Assembly (NCBI GenBank): GCA_036338025.1
Contig: JAYZDB010000201.1
Coordinates: 1 to 43,626 of the forward strand
DNA length: 43,626 bases
From: Planctomycetota bacterium
GTDB taxonomy: Bacteria; Planctomycetota; UBA1135; UBA2386
Direction: 5' to 3'
The translations under genes were made by a program, and so were the position numbers. Below, piece by piece: positions 1-8,485 of this stretch; positions within the stretch are counted from its first letter, which is position 1, and every line of letters starts with the position of its first letter. The notes beneath the pieces are model-generated. The model ran no database searches. It was given only the letters and a program-made list of their open reading frames with translations, and was not told the origin of the DNA.

Positions 1-25
1 CGCGTAGGAGCGGGTGGACGGGTGG

Positions 26-102
26 TGGTGGGCGATACTGGACTCGAACCAGTGACCCCTAGCTTGTCGAGCTAGTGCTCTAACCAACTGAGCTAATCGC
101 CC
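26..102 (-). tRNA. tRNA-Val (anticodon GAC), 77 nt with encoded CCA
   Basis: The reverse complement folds by hand into a perfect cloverleaf. Acceptor GGGCGAT/ATCGCCC; D stem GCTC/GAGC; anticodon stem CTAGC/GCTAG with loop UCGACAA; variable loop GGGTC; T stem ACTGG/CCAGT with loop TTCGAGT; discriminator A; CCA. Confidence 0.9.
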
Positions 103-220
103 TTGCGGGAGGGTCGGGTTTTATAGAGCCAGTCCGCCAGAGCGCGCAAGCGAAAACCAAGGGGCTTTGGCGGGCTGCAATCGGTACACTCTGCGCCCCG
201 CCAAGACCCTTTTGCCCGGC

Positions 221-877
221 ATGACCCACCACCAAGGCAGCCTCCTGCTGATGACTCTCCCGATCCCCGCGATGGGGGAGCAGGCGGTGTTCCGCAAGGG
301 CCCGCTCGAGTTGCTGCTGGAGAATCACCACGGCGGACTGTGCATTCTGACACCACACCCACAACGTCCGCAGCGGCAGTACCTCGGACTGCCCCGCACC
401 GGCAGCCTGGAACTCTCGGTGCGCGCACCGGAACACAAGGTCAGGATCATGCTGCGCGACCGGCTGACCCTGGCACCGGGCGGACGCTTGCACGGCTACC
501 TCACCGTGCCGATGCCGCACCGCCTGCTGTGGCGGCAGCCGAATGGGTCGGGTGAGCCGCTGCTGGAGGTCGCTCCCAAGGAGTTGCAGACATCCTGGCT
601 GGGCGAGGGGCCCGAGGGCGGTTATGTCCATGAGTGCGAGAGTTCGTTCCATCTCGACCGGCACGGGGTCGCTGCAAACACCATGGCGATCGTGCCGGTG
701 CTGCTCCTCAACCACAGCGACCACACGGTCTCGCCGGAGTTCCTGACCCTCAGCATCCGCGATCGGGATCTGCGCGAAGTCGACGACCAGATCGTCATCG
801 CACCGCGGCGACTGCGCTTTGGCGACGAAGACCAGGTCGACGAAGAAATCCGCGCCATCCCACGGAGGTCCGCATGA
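221..877 (+). CDS. hypothetical protein (no family assigned)
   Basis: Track ORF 167..877 opens with TTG at 167; the first ATG is at 221. Composition is coding-like and GC-rich at third positions. The stop overlaps the next start in ATGA (874-877). The start is uncertain. Confidence 0.55.
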   Translation: MTHHQGSLLLMTLPIPAMGEQAVFRKGPLELLLENHHGGLCILTPHPQRPQRQYLGLPRTGSLELSVRAPEHKVRIMLRDRLTLAPGGRLHGYLTVPMPHRLLWRQPNGSGEPLLEVAPKELQTSWLGEGPEGGYVHECESSFHLDRHGVAANTMAIVPVLLLNHSDHTVSPEFLTLSIRDRDLREVDDQIVIAPRRLRFGDEDQVDEEIRAIPRRSA

Positions 878-1884
878 ACCAGGGATTGGGATACAAGTCT
901 CTCGGCCTGGTCCTGCTGTTGTTCCTGGCCAGCGGCGTCGTGGCCGCCTTGATCCAGCAAGGCAGCGAGCCGGCCAAGGGGCGCGGCGACCAGACCGAGG
1001 TAGCAGTGTTGCGGGCTCGGATCGAGAGCCTGGAACGGCGACTCGAACAGCAGGCCAACCAGGCATCCGAAGAGAAGCTGTTGATGATCAAGGTGCTGGA
1101 CGCGTCGACGCGACGGCTCGATGAACTGTGTCGGGCCATCGATGCCGGGGCGCCGATCCACAAACCAGCGCCGAAGAGCGCCGGTGGAACTGCCGTGGAC
1201 TCGGTCCTGACCAAGACCGACGGTCCGAGCAGCGGCGCTGCAGGTGCAGCCGCCGACCGCCCGGCGGAATCGATGTTCGGAGAACTCACCGTCCTCCAGA
1301 TGCTGGGGATCGTCCTGGCGGTCTCCGTCTTGCTGCTGGTGATCGGCCTCGTGTTCTTCCCCGGCCGCCTGCGCGGCTCGGTTCCACAGATCGAATACAA
1401 CGCGGAGCCGGACCCGGTGGGAGCACCCTCGGTCGGGAAACCAGCGCCGGCCGATTCGGAGTCGGCCGAAGGTCCAGATTCGGTGAGCACTGCAACGGAC
1501 AGCAAGGGTCCGGCCATCGTGCCGGTTGCGCGGAGCTTCCCGGATCCAGTCCTGGGCGACGGCAACCCAGTCCCGCACAAGCTGTCGATCGGCCTGGGGG
1601 ACCAGACGTCGGTCGAGAGCCTGGTGACGGTGCTCGACTCCTACCTCAACACCGAACCCTACATCCTGCGCCAACCAGCGCCGCGGGTGGCGGTCGGCAA
1701 GGGCGAACTGCACCTGAAGTTCTACGCCCTGCCGACGCTGTCGAAGACCGAACACGCACTCCTGGACGCGACGGTCAGACGGCTGCAGCCAGCCTCTTCC
1801 CAGGGGCGTGAGACACGCCCGACCTGGGGTCGGGGCTCGCAACCGGACTCCTCCGGGGACGCCGCGGACTCCTCGATCGCCTAG
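874..1884 (+). CDS. hypothetical two-TM membrane protein with coiled-coil-like segment
   Basis: ATG at 874 lies in frame inside track ORF 634..1884. There is an N-terminal TM (LGLVLLLFLASGVVAALI), an E/R/L/Q-rich helical stretch (LRARIESLERRLEQQANQASEEKLL), a second TM (LGIVLAVSVLLLVIGLVFF), then a P/S/A-rich linker and a C-terminal domain. Confidence 0.6.
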   Translation: MNQGLGYKSLGLVLLLFLASGVVAALIQQGSEPAKGRGDQTEVAVLRARIESLERRLEQQANQASEEKLLMIKVLDASTRRLDELCRAIDAGAPIHKPAPKSAGGTAVDSVLTKTDGPSSGAAGAAADRPAESMFGELTVLQMLGIVLAVSVLLLVIGLVFFPGRLRGSVPQIEYNAEPDPVGAPSVGKPAPADSESAEGPDSVSTATDSKGPAIVPVARSFPDPVLGDGNPVPHKLSIGLGDQTSVESLVTVLDSYLNTEPYILRQPAPRVAVGKGELHLKFYALPTLSKTEHALLDATVRRLQPASSQGRETRPTWGRGSQPDSSGDAADSSIA

Positions 1885-1960
1885 CCACCGCAAAAGCTGG
1901 CCCGCCGCCGGCAATTCAAGGGCTAGCTGGCTATCCCGCGGGGCGGATGGCTATACTCCT

Positions 1961-1977
1961 CGCCCCTTCGCGGGGCG
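1961..1977 (+). terminator. possible intrinsic terminator hairpin after the 874..1884 gene
   Basis: CGCCCC (1961-1966) pairs with GGGGCG (1972-1977) around loop TTCGC, followed by GAATTTCT. The U tract is weak. Confidence 0.3.
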
Positions 1978-2059
1978 GAATTTCTCCGAGGCCAGCGCGC
2001 TGTGAGATGCACCGCCGGCATCGCCCCGCTCCGCCAACTGCAACGAGAACCCGGCCATC

Positions 2060-3169
2060 ATGATCATCGGTGTCCCCAAAGAGATCAAACAACAGGAAAA
2101 CCGCATCGGCGCGGTACCCGCCATGGTTCATGGCCTCTCCGATGCCGGCCACACGGTGTTGGTAGAGAAGGACGGCGGTCTCGGCGCCGGGATCTCCAAC
2201 CAGCAATTCGAAGCCGCCGGCGCCCGCATCGCGAGCACTGCCGAGGAGATCTACGGCGAAGCCGAGATGATCGTCAAGGTCAAGGAACCGCTACCCGACG
2301 AATACTCCCTGATCCGCCCCGGCCAGCTGCTGTTCACCTACTTCCACTTCGCTGCCAACCGCGAGTTGACCGAAGCCATGCTGGCCAGCGGCGCCCAGTG
2401 CTTCACCTACGAAACCCTCAGCATCGATGGCAAGCTGCCGCTGCTGACGCCGATGAGCGAGGTCGCGGGCCGCATGTCAATCCAGGTCGGAGCCTTCTAC
2501 CTCGAACGGCACAATGGTGGCCGGGGCAAGTTGATGGGTGGGGTCCCCGGGGTCGAGCCCGCCACCGTCATGATCCTCGGTGCCGGCGTGGTCGGCACCA
2601 ATGCCGCCAAGATGGCGTCCGGCATGGGAGCCAACGTGTTCCTGATGGACATCGACCTCGACCGCCTGCGCTACCTCGATGACACCATGCCGAGCAACGT
2701 CACCCTCTTGCACAGCAGCCCGTTCTCGATCCAGGAGAAACTGCCCCTGGCCGACCTGGTAGTCGGCGCCGTGCTGCTCAGCGGCGCGCGCGCGCCGGTG
2801 CTGGTGCGGCGCGAGGACCTGAAGATCATGAAGGATGACGGCCCGGTGGTGGTCGATGTCGCAGTCGACCAGGGTGGCTGCATCGAGACCTGCAAGCCGA
2901 CCACCCATGCCGACCCGACCTTCATCGTCGATGGTGTCGTGCACTACTGCGTCGCCAACATGCCCGGCGCGGTGCCGCGCACCTCGACCTTTGCGCTGAC
3001 CAACGCCACCGGACCGTGGGTCAAGCGTCTGGCCGACCAGGGTGCGGCGGAAGCGGCACGCCATCCGATCTTCCAGACCGCGGCCAACGTCCTGGGCGGC
3101 AAGCTGACCAACGAACCGGTCGCCCGCGCCTTCGACATGGCATGGCAGGCGCCGGACTCGGTCCTGTGA
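2060..3169 (+). CDS. ald: alanine dehydrogenase
   Basis: 369 aa. The N-terminus [23 protein letters not shown] and the Rossmann motif [15 protein letters not shown] are typical of AlaDH/PNT-family L-alanine dehydrogenase. Confidence 0.93.
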   Translation: MIIGVPKEIKQQENRIGAVPAMVHGLSDAGHTVLVEKDGGLGAGISNQQFEAAGARIASTAEEIYGEAEMIVKVKEPLPDEYSLIRPGQLLFTYFHFAANRELTEAMLASGAQCFTYETLSIDGKLPLLTPMSEVAGRMSIQVGAFYLERHNGGRGKLMGGVPGVEPATVMILGAGVVGTNAAKMASGMGANVFLMDIDLDRLRYLDDTMPSNVTLLHSSPFSIQEKLPLADLVVGAVLLSGARAPVLVRREDLKIMKDDGPVVVDVAVDQGGCIETCKPTTHADPTFIVDGVVHYCVANMPGAVPRTSTFALTNATGPWVKRLADQGAAEAARHPIFQTAANVLGGKLTNEPVARAFDMAWQAPDSVL

Positions 3170-3200
3170 TGGTAGACGAGCGATCGGGGCGAGGCTGACC

Positions 3201-4076
3201 TTGCTGGATCCGCACGTCGCGCAAACGACGCCTGCGCCGCAGGAGGTCGATTGGTTGTACTGCTCGGTGATGGGCCTGGTCGAGGGCCTGACCGAGTTCC
3301 TGCCGATCAGCAGCACTGGCCACCTGATCCTGGTCGGTCAGGGCATCTTCGACCGCAGCAACCCCTCGTTCGACATCGGGATCCAACTCGGCGCGATCAC
3401 CGCGATCCTGTTCCTGTACCGACAGCGGCTCTGGGCCGCTGCACAAGAGATGTTCGCCAGGCCGGATCCACAAGGGGCCGGATCGGGGCAGACCAACCTG
3501 CTGTGGTTGATCCTGGTCGCTGCCTTGCCGGCCTCCGTGCTGGGCCTGATCTACCGAGGTACAATCCTTGATCTGCTCTACAACCCCAAGACGGTGGCGA
3601 TCAGCCTGATCGTCGGCGGAGTCCTGCTGTGGTTGCTCGAGATCTGGCTGCAACGCCGCGGTCACGACGACTCAGCGGTCGGCATGTCCGAATTGACCCT
3701 CAAGAAGGCCTGCTGGATCGGCGTGTTCCAGAGCCTGGCGCTGATCCCCGGCACCAGCCGGTCCGCCGCCATGATCGCCGGCGCCCTGCTCGTCGGCTGC
3801 CGGCGCACGGCGGCAGCCGAGTTCTCGTTCCTGGTCGGGCTCCCGGTGCTCTACGGAGCCGCCTGCATCAAGCTGTTCGAGGATTTCGAGTCGTACGGCG
3901 ATCCGGTGCGGATGGCAGAGCTGCTGATCGCAGGCTTGACCTCATTCCTCAGCGCCCTGCTGGTGGTCACGCCCTTTGTGCGGTTTCTGCAGCACCACAC
4001 CTTCCGGCCGTTCGCCTGGTACCGGATCGCGGTAGGCAGCGTACTACTGGCCCTGGTGCTCAACGGCGCGCTCTAG
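3201..4076 (+). CDS. uppP: undecaprenyl-diphosphate phosphatase (BacA/UppP family)
   Basis: Has the signature VEGLTEFLPISSTGHLIL and later PGTSRSAAMI in a polytopic hydrophobic protein. TTG at 3201 is the only in-frame start upstream of the first helix. Confidence 0.88.
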   Translation: MLDPHVAQTTPAPQEVDWLYCSVMGLVEGLTEFLPISSTGHLILVGQGIFDRSNPSFDIGIQLGAITAILFLYRQRLWAAAQEMFARPDPQGAGSGQTNLLWLILVAALPASVLGLIYRGTILDLLYNPKTVAISLIVGGVLLWLLEIWLQRRGHDDSAVGMSELTLKKACWIGVFQSLALIPGTSRSAAMIAGALLVGCRRTAAAEFSFLVGLPVLYGAACIKLFEDFESYGDPVRMAELLIAGLTSFLSALLVVTPFVRFLQHHTFRPFAWYRIAVGSVLLALVLNGAL

Positions 4077-4083
4077 ACCAGCG

Positions 4084-4647
4084 CTATTTCGCCAGTTCGT
4101 AGCCGAGCTTCTTGAAGACGTAGTAGACCTCGCGCCAACTCGGGAACGGCCTCGAGTACTCCTGCTTGTACTTGTCGATCGCGTCGATGAAGCGCAGGAC
4201 CTCGGAGTCCATCTCGATGTCCACGACCTTCGGCGCCGGCTTGACCGTGCGCGGCACGCTGGGTGTGCGCGGGTTGTTCGCGTACTTCGAATTGGCAGTC
4301 TTCTTGGTCTTGGAGGCTGCGGCGGAGGGTTTGGCCACCACTTCGGCGTCATCGACCAGGTCGCCGACGCTATCGATTTCGGCGACGTCCAATTCGACCG
4401 AAGCCGAATCTGCTGAGGCCTTCGTCTTGGACTTCTTGGCAGTCGCCTTGTTGGCGGTGGTCCGCTTGGACCTGGTCTTCGAAGCCGCGGCCTTCTGGAC
4501 CTTCTTGCGGGCCTTCTTCTTGGCCGCGGCCGGCCTGGCCTTGGTCTTCTTGGTCACGGACTTGCGCGTCACCTTTTTCGTAGTGCCACGAGTGGTCTTG
4601 GGAGCGGTCTGCTTTTTTCTTGCCGAGGAAGCCATATCCAGTTTCAT
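4084..4647 (-). CDS. histone H1-like, Lys/Ala/Thr-rich basic protein with a conserved-looking C-terminal domain
   Basis: 187 aa. Residues ~8-75 are almost entirely K/A/T/R/S (KKQTAPKTTRGTTKKVTRKSVTKKTKARPAAAKKKARKKVQKAAASKTRSKRTTANKATAKKSKTKA). An acidic linker and a globular tail follow (VLRFIDAIDKYKQEYSRPFPSWREVYYVFKKLGYELAK). An alternative ATG lies at 4635. Confidence 0.75.
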   Translation of the reverse strand: MKLDMASSARKKQTAPKTTRGTTKKVTRKSVTKKTKARPAAAKKKARKKVQKAAASKTRSKRTTANKATAKKSKTKASADSASVELDVAEIDSVGDLVDDAEVVAKPSAAASKTKKTANSKYANNPRTPSVPRTVKPAPKVVDIEMDSEVLRFIDAIDKYKQEYSRPFPSWREVYYVFKKLGYELAK

Positions 4648-4739
4648 CGACCATCGCGGCAGGTTGGCTTGACTACGCAGCCAAAGCTGAGACCGGTGTC
4701 CTACAACACCGATGCGAACGACGGCTCCAGAGCGACCGC

Positions 4740-5759
4740 TCAGCTGAGCAATTCGCGAATCGCCGCAGTGGAAACCGGTGAGATCAAGCCACGGTCGGTG
4801 ACCAGGCCGCGCAGCAGATGCGCCGGCGTCACATCGAAGGCCGGATTGCGTGCTCCGACATCGGCGGCGGCGGTCCGGACTCCGGCGACAGACAGGACCT
4901 CTTCAGGGTCACGGTCTTCGATCGGGATCAGGCTGCCGTCGGACAGGCTCAGGTCAAAGGTGCTGAACGGTGCCGCGATGTACATCGGAACGTCGTGGGC
5001 CGCCGCCGCCAAGGCGACCCCGTAGGTGCCGACCTTGTTGGCGGCATCGCCGTTGGCGGCGATGCGGTCCGCACCCGTGATCACCAGGTCGACCTCCCCG
5101 CGCGCCATCAGACCGGCAGCCGCCGAGTCCGGGATCACCTGCACCGGGATGCCGGCGTCGTGCAACTCCAAAGCTGTCAGGCGGGAACCCTGCAGCAAGG
5201 GGCGGGTCTCGTCGGCCAGGACTGTAAAGCGGGTGCCGCGGCGCCAGGCCTCGAACAACAAGGCCAGGGCGGTACCGTCGCCGGCGGTTGCAAGTCGGCC
5301 GGCGTTGCAGTGGGTGAGGACCGTCATGCCGTCCTCGACCAGGTCGGCGCCGTTCTCACCCATCCGACGGCAGAGATCCTCGTCCTCGCTGCGAATCGCG
5401 TCGGCCTCCTCGAGCAGCGCCTGCAGGCTACCGTCGACCCGGCCGCGTTCGCTGACCCGCTCGACCGCCCAGGCCAGGTTGACCGCCGTCGGTCTGGCAG
5501 CCGCCAGGCGCTCTCCGACGGCTTGCAGGGCCGGCATGAAACCAGTCTCGGGCGCTTCGGCCCGGACGCCCAGGACCATCCCGTAGCCCGCCGCTACGCC
5601 AATCGCCGGTGCACCGCGCACCGCCAGGCGGCGGATCGCATCGATCACCCCGGCAACATCCGTCAAGGCCAACATCTTGACCTCGCGCGGCAACAGGGTC
5701 TGGTCCAGCAGATCCAGGTGTCCGTCGGTATCACCGACCCAGCGTAGGGTGTCGAGCAC
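4740..5759 (-). CDS. mtnA: S-methyl-5-thioribose-1-phosphate isomerase (eIF-2B alpha/beta/delta family)
   Basis: 339 aa with a GTG start. The N-terminus LDLLDQTLLPREVKML...IDAIRRLAVRGAPAIGVAAGYG and the TGADRIAANGDAANKVGTY block are typical of MtnA. Confidence 0.88.
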   Translation of the reverse strand: MLDTLRWVGDTDGHLDLLDQTLLPREVKMLALTDVAGVIDAIRRLAVRGAPAIGVAAGYGMVLGVRAEAPETGFMPALQAVGERLAAARPTAVNLAWAVERVSERGRVDGSLQALLEEADAIRSEDEDLCRRMGENGADLVEDGMTVLTHCNAGRLATAGDGTALALLFEAWRRGTRFTVLADETRPLLQGSRLTALELHDAGIPVQVIPDSAAAGLMARGEVDLVITGADRIAANGDAANKVGTYGVALAAAAHDVPMYIAAPFSTFDLSLSDGSLIPIEDRDPEEVLSVAGVRTAAADVGARNPAFDVTPAHLLRGLVTDRGLISPVSTAAIRELLS

Positions 5760-5771
5760 TGTGCTTCGTCT

Positions 5772-6272
5772 CTAGGCGTAACCGCCTTGGACGTCGCGGT
5801 CCTTGGCGAGGGTTTTCTGACGATCCGCTTCCACGAAGGCGGCCAGGCGTTCGGCGATCCCGTCATCCGACAAGGCCAGGATGCGGGCCGCCAACAAGGC
5901 CGCGTTCTTGGCGCCGCTGCTGCCGATCCCGAGGGTGCCGACCGGCACGCCGGGTGGCATCATGACGGTCGAAAGCAGGGCATCCTGACCCTTCAGGGGT
6001 CCGGCATCGACCGGGATACCGAGCACCGGCACCAGCGAGTGGGCGGCCAGCGCTCCAGCCAGGTGGGCTGCCATGCCGGCGACTCCGATCAGCACCTTGA
6101 TGCCGGACTCCCTGGCACCCCGGGCTAAAGCACAGGCCTCCTCCGGGGTGCGGTGTGCCGACAGGATGCGCACGGAGTGTCCGATCTCCAACTCCGTGAG
6201 GATCTTCAACCCGCCCTCGATGGTCGGGAGGTCAGAGTCGGAACCGAGAACGAAGGTGACGGGCTTGGCCAT
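5772..6272 (-). CDS. purE: 5-(carboxyamino)imidazole ribonucleotide mutase
   Basis: 166 aa. Contains VLGSDSDLP, SAHRTPEE and GVAGMAAHLAGALAA, the PurE signature blocks. Confidence 0.93.
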   Translation of the reverse strand: MAKPVTFVLGSDSDLPTIEGGLKILTELEIGHSVRILSAHRTPEEACALARGARESGIKVLIGVAGMAAHLAGALAAHSLVPVLGIPVDAGPLKGQDALLSTVMMPPGVPVGTLGIGSSGAKNAALLAARILALSDDGIAERLAAFVEADRQKTLAKDRDVQGGYA

Positions 6273-6309
6273 GAGGGAGAATCCAGAGTGGGGGAGGGGG
6301 AACAGGCGA

Positions 6310-7185
6310 TCAGTCCGTCAAGCGACGCAGGATCTCCTGGTAGGTATCAGCGGTCTGGTCGATGACCGCCTGCGGCAAGGGCGGCGGTGGCGGTTGCTTG
6401 TTCCAGTCGGTGGAGGACAGGTAGTCCCGCATCACCTGCTTGTCGAAGGAGGTCGGGTTGCCGCCGGGCACCACCTCTTCGGCGGGCCAAAAGCGGCTGC
6501 TGTCCGCGGTCAGACACTCATCGATCAGGATCAACTCGCCATTCAACAAGCCGAACTCGAACTTGGTATCCGCGATCACGATCCCGCGTTCGCGGGCGAA
6601 GTCCCGGCCGCGGTTGTAGAGCGCGAGGGCGGCGTCCCGGGCCTGCTCGGCAACCTCAGCTCCGACCAGTTCGACCGTCTGCTCGAACGAAATCGGCAGG
6701 TCATGGCCTTCCTCTGCCTTGGTCGAAGGGGTCAGGATGGCCGGCTCGATCTGGCTGGCGTGTTGCAGGCCTTCGGACAAGGTGATCCCGGAGACCACGC
6801 CGGTAGCCTGGTAATCCTTCCAGCCACTGCCGGTCAGGTAGCCGCGCACCACCCATTCGACCGGCAAGGGTTCACAACGCTGGCAACGCATGGTGCGGCC
6901 GCGCAGCTGGTCCTTGTACTGGTCCGGCACATCGTCCCAGCTGTCCACATCGTGGCTGAGGTAGTGGTTTGGCACCACGTCGCCCAGCTTGTCGAACCAG
7001 AAGGCCGCCAGCTCGGTGAGCACCCGGCCTTTGCCCGGAATGCCCTCCTGCATGACCACATCGAAAGCCGATAGACGGTCGGTCGTGACGAGGAGCAGGT
7101 CCTCGCCTAGGATGTAGAGGTCACGGACCTTGCCACGTCCGATCTTTTCGGCGAATGGGAGTTCCGTTTCGAGCACGTTATTCAA
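6310..7185 (-). CDS. purC: phosphoribosylaminoimidazole-succinocarboxamide synthase (long form)
   Basis: 291 aa. Contains GKVRDLY...LLLVTTDRLSAFD and IVIADTKFEFG. The start is TTG at 7185, with a GTG three codons downstream as an alternative. Confidence 0.93.
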   Translation of the reverse strand: MNNVLETELPFAEKIGRGKVRDLYILGEDLLLVTTDRLSAFDVVMQEGIPGKGRVLTELAAFWFDKLGDVVPNHYLSHDVDSWDDVPDQYKDQLRGRTMRCQRCEPLPVEWVVRGYLTGSGWKDYQATGVVSGITLSEGLQHASQIEPAILTPSTKAEEGHDLPISFEQTVELVGAEVAEQARDAALALYNRGRDFARERGIVIADTKFEFGLLNGELILIDECLTADSSRFWPAEEVVPGGNPTSFDKQVMRDYLSSTDWNKQPPPPPLPQAVIDQTADTYQEILRRLTD

Positions 7186-7264
7186 GGCTGGCCTTCTGGT
7201 TTGAAACTGGGATGGGAGGGTTTTCTCGTTGGCAGATGTTAGGAAGCAAGCCGGTCACAAGACA

Positions 7265-8485
7265 ATGAGGATTCAGATCGCTCCTCATCCAGTTGGGGTG
7301 CCAGACGACCTGGGAGCCCCCGACCTTCCCACCAGCAAGAGCCACGCCCAGCGGGTTCTCTGCCTGGCAAAGTACCTGCCGGGCGAGTTCCTGGTCGACG
7401 GGGTGCCCCCGGCCCGAGACGTGCAAGTGCTCCGCACGGCGCTCTCGCAGGCGGATACGGCCACCCTGGATCTCCAGGACAACGGCACGGCGCTGCGCAT
7501 TCTGGCGGTCCTGCCCGCCATGCTGGGCCTGGAATGCCACCTGACCGGCGATGAACGGTTGCGTCAGCGGCCCCTGGCAGCGGCGGTCGAATTTCTCCAG
7601 CGCTACGGCGCCACCGCCTCCGAGCAGTGGCCCCGGCACTTCGATGGTCGTGGTGCGGAGTTCCCGACCGAGTTGGAGGTCGACGCCAGCCTGACAACCC
7701 AGGTCGCCACCGGGGTCTTGCTGGGCGCTGCTGCCCGCATGGTGCGATTCGACACCGCCCACCTGGTGCGGATCCACCAGCCCTCAGCCCCGGACTACCT
7801 GATCGTCACCCTGAACGTGCTGGATTGGTTCGGATTCCAGGTAACCCACTGGTGGGATGGCGATGACATGGTGGTGGAATTCCAGGGATGGACCCAGCCA
7901 CCGGACGGCCATCGGATCAGCATCCCACTCGACGCCTCGAGTTTTTCGTTCTTCGCGGCCTTCCTGGCGATGCATGGTCGCAAGGTCGAACAAACTCTCG
8001 GGGACCAGGACCCGCACCCCGACTGGCTGTTCTGCGATGACCTGCGCCGACTGCTCGAGGCCGAACCCAACACCGAACTGACCTTCCGCGAACTTCGTCA
8101 CCGGCCGGATACCTTCCCATGCCTGGTGACCCTGGCGGCGATGCGCTGCGGGACCACCATCATCACCGACGTGCCCTCACTGCGTCACAAGGAGAGCGAC
8201 CGGATTGCGGCGATGGCCCAGGCACTGCAAGCCCTCGACGTCCCGTGCAAGGAACTGCCCGACGGGATTCAGGTCACCGGTCCGGTGCCGGTACACGACG
8301 AGCCAGCAGTCCTGCCGACCCCTGACGACCACCGCATCGTGATGGCCCTGGCCCTGCTCGGCACCCGCATGCCGAACGGGGTGGAGTTGTCCAACCCGAT
8401 GGCGATCGAAAAGAGTTGGCCTGGCTACTTCGAGTGGCTCGGCCGGGTCAGCCAGGTGACGATCCTGGATGGCAACGCGGTCTAG
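7265..8485 (+). CDS. aroA: 3-phosphoshikimate 1-carboxyvinyltransferase (EPSP synthase)
   Basis: Contains LPTSKSHAQRVL, LRHKESDRIAAM, DDHRIVMALALLG and IEKSWPGYFEWL. ATG at 7265 is preferred over the TTG at 7229 that opens the track ORF. Confidence 0.9.
   Translation: MRIQIAPHPVGVPDDLGAPDLPTSKSHAQRVLCLAKYLPGEFLVDGVPPARDVQVLRTALSQADTATLDLQDNGTALRILAVLPAMLGLECHLTGDERLRQRPLAAAVEFLQRYGATASEQWPRHFDGRGAEFPTELEVDASLTTQVATGVLLGAAARMVRFDTAHLVRIHQPSAPDYLIVTLNVLDWFGFQVTHWWDGDDMVVEFQGWTQPPDGHRISIPLDASSFSFFAAFLAMHGRKVEQTLGDQDPHPDWLFCDDLRRLLEAEPNTELTFRELRHRPDTFPCLVTLAAMRCGTTIITDVPSLRHKESDRIAAMAQALQALDVPCKELPDGIQVTGPVPVHDEPAVLPTPDDHRIVMALALLGTRMPNGVELSNPMAIEKSWPGYFEWLGRVSQVTILDGNAV

Noticed and set aside
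80-1066. 328-aa minus-strand ORF overlapping the tRNA gene and the first plus-strand gene
   Set aside because: It is Arg/Pro/Gly/Ala-rich, typical of off-frame or antisense ORFs in high-GC DNA. It overlaps a well-folded tRNA. The plus-strand frames have more protein-like composition.
622-1914. 430-aa minus-strand ORF antisense to the 874..1884 membrane-protein gene
   Set aside because: Its composition is dominated by R/G/L/Q/V with no motifs. The plus frame has clean TM helices and a coiled-coil-like segment.
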